IMG/VR virus record: IMGVR_UViG_3300023174_000002
Span: 1 to 64,000 of that record
Direction: 5' to 3' (one strand)
Source of the DNA: a virus
DNA length: 64,000 nucleotides
The notes beneath the pieces were generated by a model, which worked only from the letters and a program-made list of their open reading frames with translations, did no database searches and was not told the DNA's origin. How positions within the stretch are numbered: position 1 is the stretch's first letter; every line of letters starts with the position of its first letter. Of this stretch, positions 48,139 to 57,300 are shown piece by piece. A program made the position numbers and the translations under genes.

Positions 48139-51100
48139 TTATTTTATATGAGTCACAGTTACTACTCCTAGTGAACTAGTACGACTATAATTGTTGTTTG
48201 TGTCTACGGTTCTGCAAGCAACTCTGTACTGAACTCCAGTATAAGTAAGCCTGGGCGTAGGGTTTATGCCAGTACCTAAACTAAATTCAATAAGATTAAT
48301 TCTGCCGGGACCGCGGCTTTGAACTGTTTTTATATCATCTAATCCAGAACCTAATTCCCAAAAATCTCCAGTTCCTGGGTTTCTATACACTCTGTATTCA
48401 AAAGTTTTAAAATCACTGTTTTCTAGTAAGTCAAAATTTTGTGGAGTAACGTAAATATAGTGATCGTCTAATAAAACATCTACTATAGGAGGTTCTAGAT
48501 AATTTCCACCAGTTTTTCCAGTAATAGAAACTGTAACAGGTGGATATGACCAAGGTCCGACAATGCTACCAGTTGCATTAGAGTACCTTGTTTTAAGCTT
48601 ATACCCTGTACTAGAAATCAGTCCTGGTACAGTAAAAGCGCTTTGTGATTTATCAACTGTCATGACTCCGGTTAGGGTGTCGTCATTAAATTGAGCGTCT
48701 GCTTCAACAATAGCAAGTTGGATTTTAGTTGCTAATGCTGGAAGCCCTGTAGGATGGCCAATGGCTACAATTAGTGTATTTTGATAAACACCAGGAGATA
48801 TTTGTACTGCATATAGTGGATCACTACTTGTATCAATAATAATTGGTGTTTGAACAATGCGCTGTATTAATACATCAGTATGCGATCCAGTAATATTTGG
48901 TAAAAATACATCGTTAGCAAAATTATCATCATACAGTGTTGGCGAATAATCTGTAAGCGTAAGTTTAGCAGTATTATTATTTTGTGTTTCAACACTTAGC
49001 ACAACTAATTCTTGAGAATCTGTATATGTAGTAGGTACTAGCGTAGTAGTAATTCCTAACATATATAAATTATCTACTGTTGGTGGAGTAGATAATGTTA
49101 ATAGTTGTTCACCAATAGTTATTTCATTTGTATACTGTGGAGCACCAATAGTTACTGGAGTACTAAAGGTTTTTACTATTGCACCTTGTATAGTTCTGAT
49201 TCTAATAATGTAAATTTTACTAGGCTCTATATAGAACTCTTCGCTTAAGGTTAGTTTAGTAGTGTTAGCAGTAGGATTTTCAATTTTTATAATTCTACCG
49301 GTTCCAATACCCCACTCAGGAATATCGTGTGAAACTCGTACTAAATCGCCTCTGGTACATACCAAGTGCTCAAAATCTACATTAATACTGTATGTTTCTG
49401 GTCGTAGCTTTGCTTGTGCTAAATGAAATTTAGCTAAATATATTGCTTGAGCTTTATTAGTTACACCGGGAAAATTTATTTGTTCATAAATTTTTGCAGT
49501 TGATTCTGTAAAACCTTCTCTATATACAAAAAACTCATCTGGTTGATAGGCTTTAGACTCATCTTGAATAGTAACTCTTAACGCATCAGGAAGTCTAGGT
49601 ATTGCTTTTGTGGATTCAAATCCCCAACTATTATGAGGTGTAAAATGTTGTGTTACATATTGTCTAGGTCTATCAATAACAACTGTCCACTTACCATTTA
49701 CAATTGCTGGACTAGCAAGACCTGCAGCACAAATATCTCTAAGAGTGTCCATTACGCTTTGAGTATTTGTAATTACATTATTAAAAGCTAGTTTTTTAAC
49801 AAAGCAAAATGTATGCCATTCCTGTAGTTTTAATAAATCAATTTCTGCACTTACCCTTGTTACAGGTATTGCATAAGCATTAGCACAATGTGTAAGCACA
49901 TAAATAAATAAACTAGCGGGATTATTTGTTGCTTGATTCGGTATCCAGTTAGTACCGTTTGATAAGGTATTAACAGGAATATTAGGATTAGTATTATTCC
50001 AACCAGTGCCATTCCAATCATAAGTTTTAGTAGTTACTAGTGCATTAATTCCATCTACAGTACCATTAATTTTTCCTGTGCTTTCAAGTCTAATTGCACT
50101 TTTTGCTAAGTAACATCCAGGTGGATTAGTAGTAGGACCATTATTGCTAAATCCGGTTAAGGAATTAACTTGTACAGTATTGAATAATCTAAGATCACCC
50201 TCTTCGTCTTTATCAGTATTTGCTCTACGCACTCTAATATCATACTGTGCTTTTGGAAGATTATAAAACCAATAAGTATAGTTAAATGGATCTTTTCGCT
50301 TTTCATAAGTACCAGCAATACCTATTGAAATTGTATTAGTAGTTTGTGGATTAGGATTTAAATCCCCTCCTGCAATATAGGTAATTTTTAGTGCAACTCG
50401 CCCAGCATAAGAATTACCGCCTGCACTAAAACTAGCGTCACCTCTACTAATCAATCTTAAGTTTCTAACGCCTTGTGTAACATTTAGCGAAGTTGTAAAT
50501 CTGGTTCCAAAAAAATTATTTTCAATATTAAGTACAGGAGTAATATCTTCTGGATTTAAAGGTAATTTTGATGTTCCTGCCGTATATTCTGGAAGTATAG
50601 ATCCTATTCCTGGAGTTCCAGACCCTACTGGTGTGGCCACAAGACTAAGATCATCATTACTATTGCCAGGACTACTGTAATCACTACCAGCAACATATAA
50701 AGTTGCAGAACCTACTACAGCCATTTCAATATTATAATATCCAGTAGTAGGAAATGTTACGGCTGCATTTAAATCTATAACGTTGTTTCCGCTTGTTGCC
50801 CAGACCCCACTACTAATTAGCAAAGGAGACCAAGTTGAAAGAGTATTGGTACTACTACTATAGGCATTAACATTACTAAAACTAGTGGAGTTAAATATTA
50901 AGTTTTCCGCACCAGTTTGATAATTTGTGGTTAAACCTAATAATTTTCCACCATTAAGAGTTACAGCTACAGCAGTAGGTGTTGATTGTACCCAGTCAAG
51001 TCCACTAGTGCTGTTGTTAACAATAGTAAGATTTAAACCACTATAGTTAACGTCTACTGTACCACGATAATCTACTGGAGTACCAAAAAGTCCTGTACCA

Positions 51101-53013
51101 GTTTTTAAACAAAAATCATAAATCTTTATATCGCCTTGAGGTATTTGCGGTTTAACAACGTATAAGTAAGTACTTGAAGGCCCTGGGTATGACCAGTACA
51201 CATTAAAATTAGTACCATTGGGTTGGTGATTAGTATTTTGATTTTGTAAACTAGCGTATACTACTCCGCCATATTTAACTAAATCACCAATAGCATATGT
51301 GCCAGTACTTGACCAAGGTTGAGCAACTAGTGATAAACTTGCAAAGTTTTTCTGATAATAATACGTTTTTATATTATAAGGTATAACAGTATCAGTAGGA
51401 TTAAGAGTAGGGGTTCCTGCTGATAGTGTAAGTCTACCTCCTTGTCCAATACTAATAGTATGCCATTGGTATAGTGTTGGGTAGTCTGGATTAGTACTGG
51501 TTTCGGGAAAATCAATAGGTGTTGGAACAGACACTATCCAATTTTTAACCTGACTATTTAATAAATTTGAGCTAACTGCTGTAGCATACGCACCTTGAGT
51601 AACCCATGTATTATTTATACTTACGCCGTCTGCTTGATAATGAGGCTTATATTGAACTTCTATATCTGTTCGTGCAGTATGAATTGAACCATCTTTTACA
51701 TTAACTGCTCTACAACCCTGTGGAAATGTAAAACTGAGTGCCATGCTGGTAACTTGATCAGTTAAATTAATTTCAGTCCAAGGGTTTCCAAGCGTATCAT
51801 TATTTACTAACTCTACTGGACCACCTGCACTTGCATATACTTGTTGAATTTCTTGACCATAAATACTGTTAAAACTATCTTGATCTTCTGTTGGATAACC
51901 GTATAGATGTGCTGGAGCTAATTGGCTTAGTGTACCAGTAGTTAAGTCGTTGTAAAAACTAGTCAGTGGTATAGTACCAATTTGCAAATCTTCAATTGCT
52001 AATGGGCCAAATCCCCAAATTAATAGTGTGGTAATATTATTACTATTTTCTAGACTATGAATATATGGTTGTGCACCAAGTATACCTGTCATGCGTACTT
52101 TGCCTAATACAACAGGAATTGCTCCAAATCTATTCATCTGGTTACTTGTACCATTGAATAAATTTAAGGTGCCTGGTGTACCAGGATCATTTACACTAGG
52201 ATTTCTAACCGGTGCAATTGCATTGATTAATCTGCCACCAATATAACTAATTGCAAAAGCTGTAGCTACATACGCTGCAGTATATGCAAGTGTACCTTGA
52301 GCCCCTGCCATTAACGCAACTTGTGGAGCAAAATATGCTACGGCTACAACTAATGCAATTGTTGCTAAAGCTCTTACGGCACGTTTACCTGCTAGTACCC
52401 TATATGCAATAGTTTCGCCCGGCAATAATGTTTTAGTATGCCAGTGTGTTTTATCTACTGGTACGCCATCAACAAGTATAATAATTCTTTCAAATAATCT
52501 ATCACCAATTTGATATTTTTGTTTAATATAAACACTTAATTCTTCTAGAGTTTTTCCAGCTATTACCCAATCTGTAACTACTTCTTGAGTTCGTAGTGGA
52601 TGTGGCGCTCCAGTTAGCTGAACTGTTTTAGAAGAGTATCTATAAATACCTTCTAGTCGTTTTGACCAATTAGAATTATTTAATGATTCAACTATACTGG
52701 TTTGACCCTCATTGATATGTAAAAAATTATTGTTACCAATGTAAATACCAATATGAGTAGGCTGACCTAAAATTTTAAATACGCATAAATCTGGTATTTC
52801 TGGCGTAGTAACCAATTGCCAAGACTCTTTTTGAATATTTACTAGTTCACGAATATTTTTGCCACTGTCACCATCATAGTCTTCGATTAAACTTGGTAAA
52901 TCAATGCCAAATTGTTCCGAATATATTAGACGTGCTAATCCCCAGCAATCCGTACCAGAATGCTCTCTGCCATTATGTTTATAAGGTAATCCTATGTACT
53001 TATTATGCCACAT
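48139..53013 (-). CDS. Tail tip fusion: NlpC/P60 (gpK-like) + gpI-like + gpJ-like central fibre/hub
   Basis: DCWGL...THIGIY...FLH NlpC/P60; hydrophobic gpI-like segment; IPVVLG, NNPA, HNSWGF tip motifs. Confidence 0.88.
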   Translation of the reverse strand: MWHNKYIGLPYKHNGREHSGTDCWGLARLIYSEQFGIDLPSLIEDYDGDSGKNIRELVNIQKESWQLVTTPEIPDLCVFKILGQPTHIGIYIGNNNFLHINEGQTSIVESLNNSNWSKRLEGIYRYSSKTVQLTGAPHPLRTQEVVTDWVIAGKTLEELSVYIKQKYQIGDRLFERIIILVDGVPVDKTHWHTKTLLPGETIAYRVLAGKRAVRALATIALVVAVAYFAPQVALMAGAQGTLAYTAAYVATAFAISYIGGRLINAIAPVRNPSVNDPGTPGTLNLFNGTSNQMNRFGAIPVVLGKVRMTGILGAQPYIHSLENSNNITTLLIWGFGPLAIEDLQIGTIPLTSFYNDLTTGTLSQLAPAHLYGYPTEDQDSFNSIYGQEIQQVYASAGGPVELVNNDTLGNPWTEINLTDQVTSMALSFTFPQGCRAVNVKDGSIHTARTDIEVQYKPHYQADGVSINNTWVTQGAYATAVSSNLLNSQVKNWIVSVPTPIDFPETSTNPDYPTLYQWHTISIGQGGRLTLSAGTPTLNPTDTVIPYNIKTYYYQKNFASLSLVAQPWSSTGTYAIGDLVKYGGVVYASLQNQNTNHQPNGTNFNVYWSYPGPSSTYLYVVKPQIPQGDIKIYDFCLKTGTGLFGTPVDYRGTVDVNYSGLNLTIVNNSTSGLDWVQSTPTAVAVTLNGGKLLGLTTNYQTGAENLIFNSTSFSNVNAYSSSTNTLSTWSPLLISSGVWATSGNNVIDLNAAVTFPTTGYYNIEMAVVGSATLYVAGSDYSSPGNSNDDLSLVATPVGSGTPGIGSILPEYTAGTSKLPLNPEDITPVLNIENNFFGTRFTTSLNVTQGVRNLRLISRGDASFSAGGNSYAGRVALKITYIAGGDLNPNPQTTNTISIGIAGTYEKRKDPFNYTYWFYNLPKAQYDIRVRRANTDKDEEGDLRLFNTVQVNSLTGFSNNGPTTNPPGCYLAKSAIRLESTGKINGTVDGINALVTTKTYDWNGTGWNNTNPNIPVNTLSNGTNWIPNQATNNPASLFIYVLTHCANAYAIPVTRVSAEIDLLKLQEWHTFCFVKKLAFNNVITNTQSVMDTLRDICAAGLASPAIVNGKWTVVIDRPRQYVTQHFTPHNSWGFESTKAIPRLPDALRVTIQDESKAYQPDEFFVYREGFTESTAKIYEQINFPGVTNKAQAIYLAKFHLAQAKLRPETYSINVDFEHLVCTRGDLVRVSHDIPEWGIGTGRIIKIENPTANTTKLTLSEEFYIEPSKIYIIRIRTIQGAIVKTFSTPVTIGAPQYTNEITIGEQLLTLSTPPTVDNLYMLGITTTLVPTTYTDSQELVVLSVETQNNNTAKLTLTDYSPTLYDDNFANDVFLPNITGSHTDVLIQRIVQTPIIIDTSSDPLYAVQISPGVYQNTLIVAIGHPTGLPALATKIQLAIVEADAQFNDDTLTGVMTVDKSQSAFTVPGLISSTGYKLKTRYSNATGSIVGPWSYPPVTVSITGKTGGNYLEPPIVDVLLDDHYIYVTPQNFDLLENSDFKTFEYRVYRNPGTGDFWELGSGLDDIKTVQSRGPGRINLIEFSLGTGINPTPRLTYTGVQYRVACRTVDTNNNYSRTSSLGVVTVTHIK

Positions 53014-54023
53014 TAGAACAATCCTGGAAAATATTTTGGGGAAAAATTATAGGCAGGAAAAGGTTCTGTACTATAATTAATCATGCTAAGCTGAAGGTTA
53101 ACGCCTTGAGCACTGTAAGTTACGCCGGTTATATAAAAATTTGAAAAAGATGCTTCTACATAACTGGGATTATCAGATAGTACAAGTTGTAGTAGGATTT
53201 TAGCAGGCGAATTTAAGTTAGTTCTAATAAATTCAATTAATTCTTTATTAGCATAATTAATACTAATATTACAACTAGAACTGCCATCATCGCTTTCACC
53301 TGGCAGCGTAATTTCCATTGGAAAATAAATAAAAGTACTATTAGTAATAAAATTACCACCAGTATTATAAGCACTATTTAAGGTATACTGTGCAAGAAAT
53401 CCAGCACTACCACTAGTAATTATTTCTCTAGGTGTAACATAGGCCCCGCCTTTTATACCAATTACTGTATGCGTAACCCTGCTTGGACCCCAAGTACTAG
53501 TTGCTGTAGTTTTAAACTGTTGGTTAATATAGTCTCTGGTTGACTGATCTAGCGATGTGGCATCCCAACTACCAATAGATACCAACTTTCCAGTTGGTAT
53601 GTTTTGAAGAGCACTTTTAAGTTGTTGAGAATTACCGGCACCATAAGTATCATAGGTATTAGTACTTTCAACGGCAAAAGTAGTTGGATTTATTACCATA
53701 ACACTGTGGCCGCGACCAAAAGTATAATTAACTGTTGTGCCGTTAATTTTAAAATAACTATATAATGGGCTTGTAGTACCATCAAAGTCGCTGCTTTGAA
53801 CGTCTACAGTACCTAAACTATTAGCTCCACCTACCATACTAACACCGTATACCACATCCGTATCAGTAGTATATTCGTTTAGTCTTTGTGTAAAATTATC
53901 GGCTAAATGTAAAACTTCAGTTGTATTATCTTTAGGGTCGTATACAGTTAATAATAATATTACTGCCTCTTCAGTTTCTGAAGAGTACATAGCCTGTATA
54001 GCTGATTGGCTTAATCCTCTCAT
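53013..54023 (-). CDS. DUF1833/gpL-like tail tip protein with inserted ILEI-like domain
   Basis: AMYSSETEEAVILLLT...FPMEITLP...EPFP...FSPKYFPGLF core. Confidence 0.8.
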   Translation of the reverse strand: MRGLSQSAIQAMYSSETEEAVILLLTVYDPKDNTTEVLHLADNFTQRLNEYTTDTDVVYGVSMVGGANSLGTVDVQSSDFDGTTSPLYSYFKINGTTVNYTFGRGHSVMVINPTTFAVESTNTYDTYGAGNSQQLKSALQNIPTGKLVSIGSWDATSLDQSTRDYINQQFKTTATSTWGPSRVTHTVIGIKGGAYVTPREIITSGSAGFLAQYTLNSAYNTGGNFITNSTFIYFPMEITLPGESDDGSSSCNISINYANKELIEFIRTNLNSPAKILLQLVLSDNPSYVEASFSNFYITGVTYSAQGVNLQLSMINYSTEPFPAYNFSPKYFPGLF

Positions 54024-54391
54024 GGCAATATTTCAAAAGTTAAACTAGCACTCCAGTATCCGGGTGCTAGGTATGTTAGTGTGTAAAATTCACCTTCGCC
54101 TTGAGGTATAATTCTGGCTTCTACTGTAGTTCCCAACAATCGTGGATGTGGAAAGTTAAACCTTGCCACACCACGAATGTCGCTTTTTATAAAAGTTTCC
54201 AAAGTTTGCGTTTGCGCTGTAGTTAGGATAAAGCTAAGATTCATAGTGCTAGTTCTAGCATTACGCCTGCGAACCTTAGCAGGACCCATATCCATAGGAC
54301 TTCTAATAACACCTACTTGTACTGTTTCCTGAAAGCCCTTTTGTGGTACTTGTGGAAAACCATTTGCAGTAGGCCAATTAATAACAGCCAT
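54020..54391 (-). CDS. Distal tail protein (gpM/Dit-like)
   Basis: IRSPMDMGPAKVRRR...FNFPHP; immediately follows the tape measure gene. Confidence 0.8.
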   Translation of the reverse strand: MAVINWPTANGFPQVPQKGFQETVQVGVIRSPMDMGPAKVRRRNARTSTMNLSFILTTAQTQTLETFIKSDIRGVARFNFPHPRLLGTTVEARIIPQGEGEFYTLTYLAPGYWSASLTFEILP

Positions 54392-54394
54392 AGA

Positions 54395-57300
54395 TTATCT
54401 CCTTGCTAGCGCAGGTCTATTACCATATACTGCACCCATAGTTTGTTGTAGTGTACTATTTTTACTAGCAACTTGTCTTGCTACTATATCACCAATAGTT
54501 ATTTCAATACTGCGATTACCACGACCATCTGTAGCTTCATTAGTCTGTACTTCTGCACTAGTATTATTATTAATAACAATATTTACATGAGATCCAGCGT
54601 TGCCGCCATCAGTTCTAACTCCAAGATTGCCGCTACTATCTCGCATTAGTGGCATAATGGCTTCGGGACCGGCTTCACCCATTAAACCAGTGCCTTGAGC
54701 AAATTTAAACATAGTAGGTTCATTTACTACGCTGTTAGTAAAACTACCGCCTCTAGCAAATGGGTGTACAGTATAACCTTCTTCAAATGCTCCGCCTTTG
54801 GCAAACTTATTACTACGCTCATCAAAAGCAGCACCTTTAGCAGCAAAACTAAAAGCATCCATTGCATATGTGCCGCTAGAGCCAGTAACACTACCTGCAT
54901 TACCACCAAAAAAGCTACCAAAAATATTTGATAAACTAAATCCACCACCGCCACTAGCAGCACCTTGACCAGGTATAGCAGGACCGCCAAGACCTAAACC
55001 AGGACGAATATGTTGTTGATATTGTTGAAATAAGAACAGTCGTAATTCATACCTAGCTAAATCTTTGATAAAACTATCAATTAAGTCGCTAAAATTGCCT
55101 TTACCGGTATTAACAAAATCAATAATAGAATCTGCCATGCCATCAAACATTTTAATAAATGCATCATTATAAGCTTTTTGGCGTTCATTCATAGAATATT
55201 GCAAATCCATTGCAGCTTTTCTACCTGCCATAGTTTGTGCAATATTTTTCATCTCATTTTGATGAGATTGCTCAATAAATTTAGCTTTATCATTTAATAG
55301 GGTTAAATCAGCATTTGCATCGGCTGCTAAAGTTCTTTTAATTGCGGCAGCATTTTCTAATTTTGCCTGTGTATAGCGATCATCTTCGGCTCGTTTAGCA
55401 GCAGTTGTATCTGCTTCTAGTTTACCATAATCAATAATTTTTTGTTGGTCTTGAATTTGTTGTGGTGTTAACATATTAAGACTTTGTTGTGCTGATAACA
55501 TTTGGCTCTTATTATCTAAAGCAATTTGAGTTGCTTTATTTCCTTGTTCAGCCAAAGTATTTTCCATCTGTAGTCGCTGTAAATCCCCAGCAAGTTTATT
55601 ATTAATTACAGCTTGTGCTTGTTTTACTTCAAAACTTTTTTGATCTAATCCTAAAGACTTTCGTAAATTATCTATTCTGACCTGCTCATTATTATATGCA
55701 GTAGGGTCAAAATCTATACCAGCAATAGCAGACTTTATTTTTAACTCTACCATTAGTCTTTGATTAATTAGATCTATATCATCAAGTTCTTGTTGGCGAC
55801 GTCTAAAGCCTTCGTCTGCAATTTCTTTTTCTAGAGCTAAACGGTTTTCTAAAACTTTATCGGTTAGATAGGGCATATTGCTATCACTTAAACTATTAAG
55901 TTCTTGCTGTGATTTTAATCTAGCCATTGCAGCATCAGCTAATTTATTTTCGTATTCTCTAACTTGTTTTAGTAGATTAATTTCTGCATTTCGTGCATCT
56001 AGAAATTTTTGTTGTATATTATTTTTAGCATTAGCGGCGCTAGCACTCTCAAACTCTAGTTTTAATCTACCTTGAGCACGTTCGTATTCTGTAACCTCAG
56101 ATGTTTTATTAGCTGCTTTAGCTTGAGCAATTTTTGTTTGAAAATCAAGATACTGTTTAACGTAATTATCTTGCAATGAATTTTGTTGTTGCTGATAATC
56201 TAACTCAGTTCTACGTTCTTGAGTTAATTTTTGTGCAGCTGCTAACTCTGTTCCAGTTAATAAACCAGCATTATTATATAACTCTGTAACACTAGTTAGA
56301 TAGGCAAGATCTTGCCGTTGCTGTTGTATGGCAATATCGCGCATCTTATTTTGATGTTCAATTTCACGAGTAATAGCTGCATAAGCCCTACTAATTTCTT
56401 CTTGAGCTTTTTTAATTTGTGCAAGCTGATCTTGTTGTTTTTGTTGATTTTCTAGAGTATTTTTTTGACTTACTAAATCAGTTCTGCTTTTTTGAACAGC
56501 AGCCAACAACTCTTTATCAGCACCATTTTTCTTTAATTGTTGAATTCTTAAGTCATCTTGAGCAATTTTATCAGTAATTGCTTTCATAGCAATTTCATTG
56601 TCTTTTAGCCTAACTGCATCTTCTAGTTGATCTCTACGTAACTTACCGCCTTCGCTTAAAAAGTCTAGTGATATACCTTCGCGATTAAAGGACTCTAACT
56701 CAAATTGTGCTTGTGTACGTTCCGCGGCTAATATACGTCCTCGTACTGCTTGTTGTTCTTGCAAAACACCTAATTGTTTTTTAAGTGATATTTCACTAGC
56801 TTTTCCATTTAATGCAGCATTTTGTGCATTAATACCTTGATTAATTTGCCTAGATTCCATTGCATAACGTAATGCTGCTGGAGATAAGTTTTTATCTTCT
56901 GGTCCAACGTCTTTGCCTTTTTGAACTGATTCTAGTACTTTACTTAAATCTTCTTGAGCTTTTTTATTTGCTCCTCTAGATTCTGTTGTAGCACCACCTG
57001 CTAATTCTTGTTTAATAGCTTCCAACTGTAAAAGTTGTTGCTCTTGAATAATTTTTGCTTCAAGTCCTTGTCTAACAATATTAGCTGTTAAATTTAACTG
57101 TTCTTTTTGAATAGCAAGATCTTTTGAATCTAATCTTGCTTGAGCCTCTGCCGTACCTGGGCCGCTCATACCACTTATAATTGCTCGTTCAATTCCTACT
57201 TGAGCTTGTCGCCTAGCCAATTCAGTTTTTTTATCTAATATGTCAAATGCTCGGGTAAGTATAACATCTACTATATTATTTAGTTGACCTTGAATTTTAC

